From the human T2T-CHM13v2.0 reference genome, Homo sapiens: DNA of 64,000 bases. The notes beneath the pieces were generated by a model, which saw only the letters and a program-made list of their open reading frames with translations, was not told the origin of the DNA and did not search any database. The position numbers and the translations under genes are program-made. Shown here in pieces: positions 16,176 to 33,930 of this stretch. Each line of letters begins with the position of its first letter. Positions within the stretch are counted from its first letter, which is position 1. The stretch lies in NCBI RefSeq assembly GCF_009914755.1, contig NC_060940.1. One strand, 5' to 3'.

Positions 16176-17779
16176 TAGCTCTGCTCGCCACCCTTTTCCC
16201 CTTCCCCTGCCCCATGTGTCTTTCTGCACTAAAAGCATGCTTGGAAATACTTGAGCCTGCCTTGATATTGATAGCTAAGCCAGGCCAACCCTGGCTGGAA
16301 CCTGGGATAATATTCCCTGGCCATATTCCTTCAACAGTCCGAATATCATTGGACCCAGCAGAAGACCATTATTCCTGTCAGTTGGCGCAGTCAACAGGTG
16401 ATTGACAAGATCTAGATTTATTCCATTGTAGCCTAACAGATAGATGCTGCCTGGGTTTTGAATCCGTCCCAGAGGAATTTCAGTATTTTCAGTATAGTAT
16501 TTCTGTTTTCCTTCAGGGGGCGAAATATTAACGTCCATGAAGAAGGAAAACCAAGGGAGAGAAAGGTGTAGGGTCCACTAACCCCCATGAATTAAAATGA
16601 TGTCTGGGTCAATTCACTTGCTCTGCTGTAGGGAGAGTGTAAACCAGCAGCTTACTGTGCCGGAGTGATGAGTGGGCAGTTTTAGTCTGACGTTATTTTC
16701 AGTTTTAAATTAGAGGAATGTAACTTCTCAACTATCAGAGCCCTCAACTACTATGTCCCTGTGGACCGCTAGGAATTTGTGTGGGCCCAGCAGGAGATAG
16801 GATTAGCAAGCTGAGTAGCTGTTGCCTAAGTACTTTAGAGTCTTTCACTGCCCTGATTATAAACATCATGGTACCCCCTAGTGTGTTAGAGGGTTGTCCT
16901 GATTTCTGGGAAACCACACTCTTCTTAAATTTATCCCATTCTTTATTATGTTTCTCACCAATCCCCTTCCATTTTGGAAACATTACTGAGTAGCGTCACT
17001 ATCCATTTGTACATTATTTTATTTTTAGAGTATTTTCACATACTTGCTTTTTTGTTGTTGTTGTTAACTTCCCACAGTATCACACGGTTGCTTTCATTTG
17101 AGCCTCCCCACATCCCTGTGGGTGAAGATTGGCAGACTTAGCTTCATTTGTCATATTGTCTGAGGCTTAGAAGGACTGAATGGCTTGGCCAAGATGACAA
17201 GGCAGTAAAAAGCGGGGACTTGAACCTGGTGGTCCTGCTCTCGGTTCATTTGTATTTCTCTTCATGCTCATCCCTGAACACCACGGGAATGGCAGGAGAC
17301 CCTCTCCCAGAAGGACACCTAAGAAGGATTTGGGGCCTCTGTCAGTAACAAATAAAAGCTGACCTCGGACAAGAAGATCTTCAGTCTGTTGGCCTGTTGG
17401 CTTCCTCTGCCTCGTGCCATTTGTGGGTTCCTTTCAGTCCAAATATCTATCAGTAAGGTCCTGGTTGAATAGACAAATCCATCCATACAATGAAGTCGAA
17501 GGCCACTTAACAAAATGTGGCTCCTCTTGTAGGAACTGATCTGAAAACATCTGGAAGATACAGTAAATGAAAAAATCAAGATGCAGAACAGTGTACATGG
17601 TACACTTACTTTTGTGGAAAAATGCAGGGAAGGGAATGAAATGCAGATTTAAATGTGCTTTTTATTTGCATAAAGGAACACTGGACAATTATATTGAAAC
17701 CAATGAAAGCGGTTGGCAACATTGAAGAGACGGTATGAGTGAAATTTCTCAGTTTATATCTTATGTCATTTCAATTTTT

Positions 17780-19050
<1,271 letters not shown>

Positions 19051-19150
19051 TTATGTCCACGTCTTTGTTTTCAGAGTGGTAATTTGATTTTTCAAACATA
19101 GATTGAAAACAAAACAAAAACAAAAAGCAAATTAAATATACTGATGTTGA

Positions 19151-19444
19151 GGCTGGGTGAGGTGGCTTACGCCTGTAATCTCAGGACTTTGGGAGGCCAA
19201 GGCAGGTGGATCACTTGAGGTCAGGAGTTTGAGACCAGCCTGGCCAACATGGTGAAACCCCGTCTCTACTAAAAATACAAAAATTAGCCAGGCAGGGTGG
19301 TGCGTGCCTGTAGTTCCAGCTACTCAGGAGGCTGAGGCAGGAGAATCGCTTGAAGCCAGGAGGTGGAGGTTGCAGTGAGCCAATCACACCATTGCACTCC
19401 AGCCTGGATGACAGAGTGACACCGTCTCAAAAAAAAAAAAAAAA
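19151..19444 (+). mobile_element. Alu ~110 bp upstream of the exon 3b acceptor
   Basis: Alu consensus, poly-A. Confidence 0.95.
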
Positions 19445-19553
19445 GTTGACATTGAATCAACCACGTCCTTAAAATCAGGTGGCCTGTGGTATGTCTCTGG
19501 CTTGGCCTGGGTGAGTAATGTCAGTGTTAAAGCCCGAATCTCTCTTCTCCTAG

Positions 19554-20191
19554 GTGTGGTGCAGATAGTGGAGGTGGTCTTGAATGGGATGGTTCTCATA
19601 TGCATCGTGGCCTCCTACTTTGTCCTTGCCGGATTCAGTGCCAGCTTTTCCAGCGGCGGTGGCTTTGGGAACAACTACTACTCACCGTTCGAGGGCACTG
19701 AGCTAGAGCAGGTTCGGCAGCTGGACCAGCAGTACACGATCCTCCGCTCGCCCCTGATATACGGTGGCGTGGCTGTTTCTCTGGGTCTGGGGGTCCTCAC
19801 CATGGGTGTTTTACTCCAAGGAGCCAAGAGTCGAACAATGTTGTCAGGGAAGTGGCTCCTCACGGAGGCCGCCTTCAGCCTCCTAGCGGCAGTGGGCTAC
19901 TGCACAGGCATTGGTGTTTACCTCCACGTGGCTCTGCAGATCAATAGCACCGACACTTGCAAAACAAGAGAGAGGCTCTATGCCCGCAAGGGTCTCACCT
20001 GGATGGACTGCCAGCTGGCAGGCACCGACGGAGCAGCAGCCACCTTTGCTTGTCTTCTCGTGATCATGTACGGCGCCAGCGTGGTGCTGGCCCTGCGTAG
20101 CTACCGAGAACAGAAGCGCTACAAAGGCAGCCGAGAACAGCCCGGAAGTTACAGTGATGCACCGGAATATCTGTGGTCTGGAACTCTTTGA
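19554..20191 (+). CDS. MARVELD3: MARVELD3 alternative terminal exon 3b (paralogous MARVEL domain; 410-aa isoform)
   Basis: Acceptor tctcttctcctag|G, same phase as 3a; aligns to exon 3a by eye; 467+128+638=1233 nt = 410 aa + TGA. Confidence 0.95.
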
Positions 20192-20294
20192 GATCTTCCG
20201 GAACCTAAATGTGAACGCACATTGTTTCTCTCAAAAAGACAGGTCTTTTAAAACTCCGCATTAGACAACTATGGTTTTCACACACTTGACTTTA

Positions 20295-20941
<647 letters not shown>

Positions 20942-21104
20942 GATAGGACAGTAGATTTTATTAGACCCTGAAGCATACTGGAGGCTTTTTCATTTCTGCA
21001 TTCCCTGACAGTGCTCCATAGAGTAGGTCTTCAAAGGTAGATAGTAATCTCATTACCCTGGACTGTTCTCATAATGTAACAGATCACTAACACTGAATCT
21101 TAAA

Positions 21105-21110
21105 AATAAA
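21105..21110 (+). terminator. MARVELD3: Candidate poly(A) signal for exon 3b
   Basis: AATAAA ~0.9 kb after the 3b stop, followed by T/GT-rich tract (cttacgtgttttat). Confidence 0.65.
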
Positions 21111-21408
21111 GTTCTTTTAGTAATTTTAATCTTACGTGTTTTATACCTATTCTTATACTTTACAGCTTGCCCCAAATATATTAGTTCAAATCAGATGCAA
21201 CTAGAAATATACATTCTCGTTATGGTCTTTTTGCTAATTGTCCTCTTGCTTTTTAGTAGTGAATTCTTATGGAACCTGTTCAGGACAAAGGATCGAAGCT
21301 AAGCCTCCTACCTAAGCGGAAAAGATCTAGATTATACTTTTATAAAAATAAAGCTTGGAAAATAATCAACTGGAGATCTACATCGCTAGGTTAAAAGTTG
21401 TGGTGTCT

Positions 21409-21705
21409 TGGCCGGGCACGGTGGCTCACACCTGTAATCCCAGCACTTCGGGAGGCCAAGGCAGGTGGATCACCAGGTCAAGAGTTCAAGACCAGCCTGG
21501 CCAAAATGGTGAAACCCTGTCTCTACAAAAAATACAAAAAAAATTAGCCGGCCTGGTGGCAGGCACCTGTAATCCCAGCTGCGTGGGAGGCTGAGGCAGA
21601 GAACTGCTTGAACCGGGGAGGCAGAGGTTGCAATGGGCTGAGATCGCGCCACTGCACTCCAGCCTGGGTGACAGAGTGAGACTCCGTCTCAAAAAAAAAA
21701 AAAAA
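21409..21705 (+). mobile_element. Alu
   Basis: TSD aaaagttgtggtg. Confidence 0.95.
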
Positions 21706-22556
21706 GTTGTGGTGCCTCAGAAAAGTGTCTCCACTCCATCACCCTTAGCCCAAGGCAGTGGCTAGAGTCCCACACAATTTTCACTCAGTGGTAGATGAGA
21801 AGTATAACTGCAGCCAGAATCAAGCGACCCACTCTCCACCTACCCTCCAGAGAAATACCACCAACCCCAGCCACTATTCTCACCTAGCATGTATTCCCCG
21901 AAATAGGTCCTTATTAGATCCTTGCCCACGTCTGGGTCCTTTGGTTGATAAAATGGAGACTTTGGCCTATCTGACCCCAACCTTGTGCCCAGGCCCAGCG
22001 CCAGTACTGCTCCGGAGAGGCAGCTCCTCTCAAGGGAATGGAGCCATCACTGTAACAACACTCCCACATCTTACGGCTTTATAACATTCACGATGCTTTA
22101 GCAAGTCTTCTCTTACTACCACTTGTCAGTCAGACAGGCCAACGTGTATTGTTCACACTTTACCGATAAGGAGACAAGCTTCAAGGTTAGGTGGTTTATG
22201 AAAGAGTTAATGCCCACTGTGTGCCAGGTATGTACAGTACTGTGATAAAGAAGACCTTTGATAAAAGATATTAGTATTAACATTTAATGAGAAAAACAGC
22301 CTTAGAGAGGTTAAGTAACTGCCTGAAGTCACAAAACTTTTAAGGAGCAGAGGCAAAACTCAGCCCCACTGAATCACACACTGGAATGTGTTCTAACATA
22401 CTAACATACTCTTGTGGCCTTTGGTGTACCGGGGAATTTATATAGCATGACATTGATTCATTTCTGCCATGCTGGCCTAGGGAGGTGTGTGTCTCGTGGA
22501 ACTGAGGTATAAAAGCATGTTGAAGGTGCTCAATAAATGGTTGTTGAACCATTTCT

Positions 22557-23521
<965 letters not shown>

Positions 23522-24118
23522 GAGAGGTAGCTAATATTGCTTGAAAGCCCAGAGATTATGGGAGACACCCACAGGAGTGGGGGTAGGCCAGCGACAATTT
23601 AGAGGCTTAACTGGAGCTCATGAGCCAAGACTCTGAAGTTCCTTCTTACACCAAAGCTGTCAAGAAAAATGTGACCGGCTTTTCCATGGTGTCGTCAGCT
23701 GTCATTTAGACAGAACTGTGGATTGTTTACAGTTGAGTTTCTGCTAGTCAACTAATTTGCATGTCAATAAGGACGGTGTTTCCTGATTTTTTCCTTTTTC
23801 CTGGCGTTGTGATTTCTGTAAGCATATAAACCAAGGCAAAATATAGTGTTTCATAAAGTAAAAATCTGTATTGCCATTTCAGCTTAAAAGCAGATCAAAA
23901 ATATTTATTCTTGCCTTAACTCATAGCTTTGCAGTGTCACGGAATGTGGTTTCATGTGTTTGTTCTCACTTATCTTCCCCAGGAAAATCCTGCAGGTGCT
24001 TTTGGTTAAGAACCCAATTCTACAAACAAGTTAGGAGAGAAAATTATAGCTTCATGCTAAAATACTTATGAAATAACAAGCACTCCATTTTAAAACAAAG
24101 CCATGAAAAAGATTCCAC

Positions 24119-24133
24119 TTTATTTTATTTATT
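24119..24133 (-). terminator. PHLPP2: PHLPP2 poly(A) signal cluster
   Basis: Three overlapping TTTATT on plus strand (24119, 24124, 24128) = AATAAA on minus. Confidence 0.75.
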
Positions 24134-27100
24134 ATTGTTATTGTTATTTTTACAAACAATAGATTTGCTGCAACATGCTCTGGCTCATATTATTGAATTA
24201 AAAAATTTAACACATTTCAAAAATATCAAAAATACACTATAATGAGTCTTAAGACTACAATACGACAATGATTGCACAAAACCGTAATATATGAGCCCAC
24301 TGTCTGGATGACATCCATTGGCAACAGTGAGAGAAAACCCTATAGCATCTGGGAGAAGTGCATGAAATTTAGAATACAAGGAACTTATGTGTGACTGACT
24401 GATCACCAAATGAGGCAAACAGAGCAGGATTGACTGTAGCTGCTTTTTCTCAATCTAGGAAGTGCTTACCCCAACTATGGGGCAAAAGTCACTAACTGGA
24501 AAGATTAACTTGCCTTCATGATTGGGAGTCGGAAAGCCTCCACCCAGAAGGAAGTAAAAAGTGACACTAGACAGTCCTATAGTGATGCTGAAGACATCAC
24601 TGAATGGCTTGGAGACTAATTATTTAATAATTGGTACATTTATCGATAACAGCCAGCTGCTCCCTTATGGAGGTCTCTTCATTAATAATTATTGGATAGA
24701 TAGAGAAGGTGAGCCTGTGGCTTCCAAGTACCGGCTTTTGCTGAAGGTCTACATGGGAAGAAGAGCATCATTTGATATTCAGTAGATCTGCCACACCCAA
24801 CTGGCTCCATCTCCTGGAAAACAGCACTCACTACAAGCAACTGTAATAGCACCCAGCAATGACCACGCTGCTCCTGCTGGCTCTTCCGTACACCAGTAAA
24901 TGAACTCACCAATGTATTGCACACATACACTTCACAGTAGTACAATAAAGCCCTGTATCAGGAGTGGTAATTCAATGACTTGACTCTATAGTGCACTGCA
25001 GCTTTATGTCATACCAACATTCAAATATTCAAATATCCTTCCAATCCATTTGGACAAAAATACACCATGGCTGCCAAGACACATGTATTTTTCTTTCTTC
25101 CATGGACTCCTAAACTGCTCCCACAATCAGCAGTGTTCTTCTCTCAGAAATTATCTTAAGCTTCTCTACTCAATGGGAGGTACACACAGAGACCTGAGAA
25201 TATGCAGAGGCCAGAATCTCTGTCTGTGCTAGAGATCAACTGTACTCTGCCCACCTGGGGAATACATCCTCTGGGTAAAGTACTCGGAAGTAAATTACAT
25301 TCACCTGGAGACAGATACGGGCTTTCACTGACAGCCTGTTTAGAAAACACAATGTCTGTAAGTTACCTCATAGGTCAAAGAGTTTTGTATTATATTTTTC
25401 ATAATGGGCTATGGCCTTTTTACCCTGTTTTAATACAGAGCAACTGCAGAAGGACATGAATTAAAGCAGACTGCAAAAAAGAATAATCAGTTTTGGTATC
25501 GCCTATAACAAAGATTTTCAATACAACCTAATGGTTCCTGAAAAAAAATTCTACCACACAGAACAACATTTGGAATTACAGAGTTCTGCTGACTAAAAAA
25601 TAAATACATTTACTTTTGGTAAGGTCATTTCAGAACTGGGTTTTGAGGTGGTTCCAATAAGTAGGTTGGGAAACGAATAGCAGACAAGAAGGGTTCACCA
25701 TAATGAATAATTTTTATAAGACTATACTATTAAAGTGGTGTATTCCCAAAATAACTTTAATTTTTAGACATCACTATTCTACAACCCGAAGGTTCTGCCA
25801 TCTAAGTAAGATGTTTTACATCACTCATCACTATCATCCTGTTATTTTTCATTTTTTCTTCATTAAAAAAAATTTCCCATATAAAAATAAGGTGGCAAAA
25901 CACTCTTGTTCCCATCTTTCTAACAGCACCTAAACTCTGTGTGAGCCACTATGTTCCCTACTTCAAATCAAAGACCTGAGTTCTAAAATTCTCAATAGCT
26001 GACCAGTAGTTTGACAATCTGGGGACTCAAGTTCAGATTCTCGAGGGGTTGAACATTAGACATCCATTAGAGTGTACCAAATCCCCCAAGAGTGTATCCC
26101 AATGACACGTGCATATGAGCATGGGGCCTCTGAGAAGATGAAGACACATAATTATTATGGACAGGTCATCTGATTTTGACTATTGCTTTGAACAAAAATC
26201 TTCCCAAAAATACACACGAAAATATATTTATATTTAACCCTCTCTTTAACATAGTTTCTGATGAAACAAATTAAAAATGGCCCTACTTTATTTTTAATTG
26301 TAAAAGTGTTCCAAAAATTCAAAGCACATTCCCCATTGGGTAAAATCAAGCAATGCCAACATTTTGTGGGAATAAATAGGAATTAATTTTCCTAAGCAAA
26401 TCTTCCAATAGAAAAAGTGACAGAAGTATGAAGAAACTGCATTTTGCTAGGGTTATGTGGAATGTGCAAAGAGTATAGGTTTTCTGTAAGCTTAAGAATT
26501 TCTCAATGAAGTGTCTTTCTTAGTATTGAGCCCAGTATTCTGAAACCACATAAAGTGAATATGCAGTTTTCAGAAGAGTACACTGTTCAACATTCAAGAG
26601 GCGAGCTCTCAACTCACCTCCAACATTCTAGAGAACCATCCCTCTCCTCCAGCATAGGAGAAGGAACAAGTCTAACCTGAGTGCTCCATCCATCTGTTCT
26701 CATTGGCCTCAGTCCGTTTCAGAGTCATCTGCCATAACTTAAGGTCACGTGGATGCAAGCAGTGTCGGCCTTGGGCCCCCGCTCCCCGCCCTTAGGAAGC
26801 TGTCTGCCAATTCCTCCACATGCTAGGGAAAGAGGCCAATCCCTAAATTTCCCTGGGAAATACCTAGCAGGTATCATATTTGTCAAGGGGTAATTCTCTT
26901 TTTCTGATCTAGGGAGAAGTAGTCTAGGTCCTCACGCCTTCCCCATTTTCATCCCCAAAAGAAGATCCTATTACCCCAAGTTTCTCAGGAGCTTTCACAG
27001 TCTGACATCCAAAAGTTAAATCAACTTCACAGGGCCCTTCCTATACCCTCGAATAAGTCTCCAACACCCAGTTCTCTCTCTGCCTATGGATGAAGGTGCC

Positions 27101-27620
27101 GGGCTGCCTCTAAGAAGATTGGCTCGAGTGCAGATTCAAAAATAAAAAGTTCACAGTCAATGAAAAGTGCTCTCATTACATTACATACATAAATTATCTG
27201 TTTGATTGGTTCTACATTTCCAACAGACATCATTTTGATAGGCTGTATTCTCGTAGAGAAGAATGAAAAGCCATGTGACTAGTCACATCACACCCCATTA
27301 GTCTGAGATAAGGTGATTTCTCTGTCACAGAGATCCATCAGCAGCAACTAGTAAAGAGAATCAATCTTCACTTTTTTCCTCCACAGAAATAGTCCCTTTC
27401 CTGCCCAGGCAGGCAAATTCTCAAAATGATCCTAGGAGAGAAAGGGTTAATGGCAGGTGGTAGGACTGATACAGAACAGCTGCTTTCTTCCCAGTACCCC
27501 TGGGAATTCCAATGCAGGTTAAATGTGAAACTTAACACTGATAGTGGCTACCAGTTTATCCAGAGCCAGCCCCTGATGGCTCTCACACTTTTTGGCTCCG
27601 AGTTCAACCCCACACAGCTA

Positions 27621-27960
<340 letters not shown>

Positions 27961-28043
27961 AGAAATGTAGAGGCAGAATGCCTCTAGCAAGTCCCTACCC
28001 CAACCCTGCACAGCCTCCTCCCACACTGTGCCCAGTGGGGCAG

Positions 28044-29198
28044 TCATAGTGCTGTGTCGAACTCCTCCGGGGGCTCGGTCCGATCCTCTTCATGGGGCTC
28101 AGGCTCGAGCCGGCTGTCCTGGTGCTGTTTCATTTGTTCCTTCACTTCTTCTTCCAGGTCATGAGGCACAACAAACTGGTCCTCTGGTTCCATCTGAGTG
28201 GGGGCAGCAAAATAGCCAGTTTTCCTCTTGGGCACTTCTGTGGCCACTTCAATGAGGTTCAGGCTGTCCTCTAGGGGCACAATAGAGCCATTGGAGAGTT
28301 TCTTCCCATAGAGGCAGGAGGTGGAGGGAGACTTCTGTAACTCCATCCTGTCCTTGCTCATTGGCAGGAGCATGCCACTATTCACACTGTTCTGTCTTCG
28401 GATCCCAAAACACGACCCTCTAGCATGTTCCTCAGAACACAGGGTAGGAGAACTCTCTATGAGAGGGGGTGAGTTCTCCAGATCCCTCCCCCTGCAGCAG
28501 TGGATGTCTACTTCCACCTCTACCTTGCTGCCATTGGTTATGACCCCCTCAACGGGCTGGTCATCATCACTGTCCAGGCCGTTGTCAGACTGGTTACTGG
28601 AGAAGGTAGCAGAAGAAGGCTGGCGCTGAAACAGCCCAGAGGTGGGTGTTGGGTGGAGGCTGCAGCGCCGCTCTGGCCTCGGAAGCAAGGCAGTGTCCAG
28701 ACCCCCAGCATTATGCTCATCAGAAGCAGTGGACCCCACTTCACTGCTCACCTCTGAGGTGGACATCTCACTGCTGAACTCAGAGGCAATCCCACTGCTA
28801 GAGGATGGAGTGGCTGGCTTAGGGGCATCCTTGATAGTGGTGGTTGAAGCAAATCCCACAGGACCTGGGAGGGTGAGCCCATTCATTTCACAAGTGCAGC
28901 CTTCCTCACCAATATTCAAATAAACTACCATCGCCCCTACATTGTCCTGACAGCCATAGCTCTGCGCTAATGTGCACAGCTTCTTAGCAGCTGCTAATGG
29001 GTCTTGTACGTGACGTACAGCATTGACAGCTTCTGTGTAGGACAAGTGTTCCCACAATGCTTTGTTTCCCAGAATCAGCAACTCATCTTGAATGGTCAGC
29101 GGAGTGGAAGATATGTGGGGCTTGGGGAGGATCCAAGGGTAGAGGTATGTACAGCCCAGCATCCGGGTACAGCAGGTTACCCCATTCACTTTGTTGTC
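28044..29198 (-). CDS. PHLPP2: PHLPP2 last coding exon (end of PP2C-like domain, Ser-rich tail, PDZ ligand DTAL)
   Basis: cttctgtag|GAC; 1155 nt to TGA at 28046-28044; ends EEFDTAL (class I PDZ motif). Confidence 0.96.
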   Translation of the reverse strand, partial: DNKVNGVTCCTRMLGCTYLYPWILPKPHISSTPLTIQDELLILGNKALWEHLSYTEAVNAVRHVQDPLAAAKKLCTLAQSYGCQDNVGAMVVYLNIGEEGCTCEMNGLTLPGPVGFASTTTIKDAPKPATPSSSSGIASEFSSEMSTSEVSSEVGSTASDEHNAGGLDTALLPRPERRCSLHPTPTSGLFQRQPSSATFSSNQSDNGLDSDDDQPVEGVITNGSKVEVEVDIHCCRGRDLENSPPLIESSPTLCSEEHARGSCFGIRRQNSVNSGMLLPMSKDRMELQKSPSTSCLYGKKLSNGSIVPLEDSLNLIEVATEVPKRKTGYFAAPTQMEPEDQFVVPHDLEEEVKEQMKQHQDSRLEPEPHEEDRTEPPEEFDTAL

Positions 29199-30211
29199 CT
29201 ACAGAAGAGCAGGACACAAATTCTGAGAAACAAGCAACGATGAGAGCCAACTTATCTTTCTAGATCACAGTGCTTAGGGAACTATAATAAAACAATTTAT
29301 ATATGATTTTTCCTATGGATTAGTATAATTTTAAATGGATGCACACAAATAAATGTAGAGAAGTCCTAAAAGACAAAATATTATATGGTTACTATAGAGC
29401 CAAGTAAAAATAAGTGACTAAAAGGCACCACCATCCCAAAAGATGTTTGCTTTAACATGAAGAACAGGCCTCAGTATGTCTATAAATAGAGAAACATGAC
29501 AGAAAAACAGTAAGCAGAACTATCATTAATTCTCTATCACTAGTACTCTCAGAGAGGATGAAACAGAAAGGTCACTAAAAGTGATTTCTCACTTAAAGGG
29601 ATGTCAGCTGGGACTGAAAAGATACCAATGGCAAAGACAATCTTGGCAGTTAAGGCATCAAATAATCTCTAAGGTTATTCAGCCTAAAAAAGGGGAGTCT
29701 GAGATGTGCAGCATAATTTACCTATGCTCTGGGGACTGTATCAAGAATAAATAGCGATCAAATCAAAATCCCTGTAATTCAAAACTTAGAGGAAACAGAG
29801 TAACCCTGCTTGCAGGTTGGGAATGCTCACAAGCCAGACACTTTGTTGTACTGATTTCAAGAAACGAAAAAAATACAAAACAAAACTCTAAAGTCATCAA
29901 TAAATTAATATCACAGTTGCAATCACCCTCTGGGAGAAGACCTGAGCTTATTCGCCAGAATTTGTCATAAACTCTAAACTGTACTTTCTTCATCTGTAAA
30001 ATGAAAATGGGAGTTTAACAACTACCCACTGAATTAGAAACTCTGGGGCTAGGGCCCAACAATTCATGGGAGTTACTGTTAAGATTAAGGAAAATAATAA
30101 AGGTATGGTGTTTGGCAAATAATGGACAAACAATAAATGCTTGTGGCTAAAATAACATTTATAAAAATACTTCCTACTTGTCTACAATCCCCTAAGAAAA
30201 ATCTAAACATT

Positions 30212-30708
<497 letters not shown>

Positions 30709-30859
30709 CTAAAAATTTAAAACACTATCTTTTATCTTTCATTTGTTTTGACTGAAAGAGCTTCCCAAAACTAATGCCTCATACTTCCAGAATTCTAATA
30801 GTATCAATCACATAAAAATGATGGTTTTTGATTTTGTTTCCTTAGATGAACTCTAATAT

Positions 30860-31380
30860 AGAATTCTGACAAAACAGCCCAGAAATGGACCCACACAAAT
30901 ACAGTCAACTGATCTCTGAAAATCAAAGAGCAAAGACCATACAAAGGATAGTCTTTTCAACAAATGGTCCTGGAACAAGAGGACACCTACATGCAAAACA
31001 TGAATATAGATACAGAGCTTACACTTTTCACAAATATTAACTCAAAACAGACCATGGACCAAAATGTAAAACACAAAACTAAACTTCTAGAAGATAACAC
31101 AGAAGAAAATCTAGGTGACCTTGGGTTTGGCGATGAGTTTTAGATACAATACCAAAAGCACGATCCATGAGATAAAAACTGACAGGTGGGCCTTCATTAA
31201 AACTAAAAGCTCTGCAAAAAAACACTGTTAAAAGAATGGAAAGACAAGCCCCAGACTGGGAGAAAATATTTGCAAAACAGGTATCTGATAAAGAACTTGT
31301 TTCCAAAATATACAAAGACTCTTAAAACTCAACAATACAGAAACAAACAATCCAATTTACAGTTCTCAAAAGATCTGAAC
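30860..31380 (+). mobile_element. Old L1 (L1M) ORF2 3' fragment
   Basis: L1-like agcccagaaat.gacccacacaaata...gtcttttcaacaaatgg...gggagaaaatatttgcaaa. Confidence 0.75.
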
Positions 31381-31943
31381 GGAATTCATCACGGAATTCC
31401 ACTTTGTGATAAACAATGTTCACAAGTAATTGCTAAAGTTCTTCTGAAAGCAAAAATGTTAATTTCTAAAAAAGGAGAAAAGCTATAAAACAGTAGAAAT
31501 ACTGATGTTTCATTATCAAAAGAGAACACCAGAGCATACTACACCACATAGAGTATAAACACAAAACATTTTGAAACTTTGCATTTCAGAATGGGGATGT
31601 CAAACTAGAGAACTCTTTCTTCTATTTGGAATAACAAACCAGATGAGCTGGAAATTAGCTAAGGCAGATATTTAACATCCATCTTACAACCCAGCTATCA
31701 ATATACAGGATCACAAATTAGGATTTTGTATTTCTAATTCACTTTGCTTTTTCTTTGTGCTAGTCACTAACTGATCAGATTTTCCTCCAGTACTGTTGCT
31801 GAAACCATCTGCATTGAACTTTTATCTGGATTGGATACAATTTACAGGGCATGATAGGAAGAAAATGGGCCTTCATCACCTCTACACAAAGCAGCCTCCA
31901 CTGATTTGGGGAGCAGAAGTGACTGGCGGGGAGCGGAACACAC

Positions 31944-32175
31944 CTCTGTGATGATGGCTTTTTGGTCCTTCACCCTTTGAGCCTCCTCTGGGTCCTGCTC
32001 CAGGCTGAAGACTTTAGAGAGGGGCACTGGCTTCCCACCTCGGCACAGGACTGCTTGGCACGTGCCAACATTGGCTACAGTCAAGCTAAAGCTACTTGCT
32101 GGATCGGCAGTGTCAGGGCGGATGTAGCACAGGAGAGCGGAGGAGCCCAACTTCTGGCCAGCCATTCCTAATTTC
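31944..32175 (-). CDS. PHLPP2: PHLPP2 penultimate exon (PP2C-like domain)
   Basis: gaacag|G...GAG|gtgtgt; 232 nt; [18 protein letters not shown]...[12 protein letters not shown]...AIITE. Confidence 0.93.
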
Positions 32176-32455
32176 CTGTTCAGAAAGAAAAGGAAAAGAA
32201 GACGTGGTGGCTAGTTTTAGAAGAAAGTGGTGGTCCTGCACGTACATCCCTTCTTTTTTTTTTTTTTTTTTTTACCATGTGATCGTGAACCAGCCTTACC
32301 CTTATCCACCTAAATGCAGACTTGCTGTGGCTGATGGTGGTGGAGACAGTTCTGCCTTCCACTCTCGCTGAGGAAAAGGTTTTACAAAAGGGAGATAATC
32401 TCCCTTTTGCATCTTTCTCCATAGCTTTTGTGTCTGATCAAAGACTTCCTAATTC

Positions 32456-32638
32456 AGGGGCTCTCAAACTTTAACACATCAGAATCCCCTGAGGGCTTGT
32501 CAGAACAGGGACTGCTGGGCCCTAGGCCCAGAGTTTCTGAATCAGTGGGTAAGAGGCTGGCCCAATAAACTATACTTTAAGCAATTTCTGGTGAGGCTGA
32601 GAGGCTGCTGTTCCTAGAACAACACTTTGAGAACCACT
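32456..32638 (+). mobile_element. MER5A-like hAT MITE
   Basis: caggggctctcaaactt...catcagaatc...actttgagaaccact terminal inverted repeats. Confidence 0.7.
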
Positions 32639-33014
32639 CACTTAGGTTCTAAGTTCCTCGAGGGAAGGACCATGATTCTTGCATTTCCCCCATATGCAGG
32701 GCATCCACGCGTCTGTACTTGGAAACAATGTTAACGAGGAACAGACACTAGCAGAAAGACCTAGTTTCAAATCTCAGCTCTGCCATTTTCTGGCTACAGA
32801 CACTCAGCAAGCCATTTCTCCAGGAAATTTCTCTGATAAAATATATAGCATGGAAAATACTTGCTACAATTCCTGGCTTGAGTTGCTTCATAAATGGAGT
32901 TCCCTTTCCTAAACCCTTTATTTTTGCAAAGTCTCTAGCTCAATTATACTACTGAAAAACTGACTTCTTCCTAACACTTTGCTTTGTGTTATGACAGATA
33001 AAACTAATTCAAGC

Positions 33015-33418
<404 letters not shown>

Positions 33419-33506
33419 TTATACAAGTTGACAAACAACCTCTCAGTTGTTCCTATCCTTTATCGGTCCACCTGACATGCAAATGCTCCATTACAGTTAG
33501 GTTATA

Positions 33507-33930
33507 CAGATGTCCTCAACTTATGATGGTTCAACTTAAGATTTTTTGACTTCACGATGGTGCAAAAGCAATACTGTATGCATTTAGTAGAAACTGTACT
33601 TTGTATTTTGATCTTTTCCTGGGCTAGTGACATGTGGTACGATGTTCTCTCATGATGCTGGGCAGAGGTAGCGACCCATAGCTCCCAGCCAGCCACTTGA
33701 TCACAAGGGTAAACAACCAATACAGTGCCCTGTGTCACCACATGATTTTGCCCAACTATAAGCTAATGGGGTAAGCGTTCTGAGCACACTTAACGTAGGC
33801 TAGGTGAAGCCATGATGTTCGTTAGGTTAGGTGTATTAAATGTAGTTTCTACTTACCACATTTTCAACTTATGATGTCAGGCTTACATCCTTATCAGGGT
33901 GTAACCCTATTCTAAGTTGAGGAGCATCTG
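33507..33930 (-). mobile_element. MER47/Tigger-family DNA transposon derivative
   Basis: TIRs cagatg-tcctcaactta and taagttgaggagcatctg; TA target duplications at 33505-33506 and 33931-33932. Confidence 0.85.
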
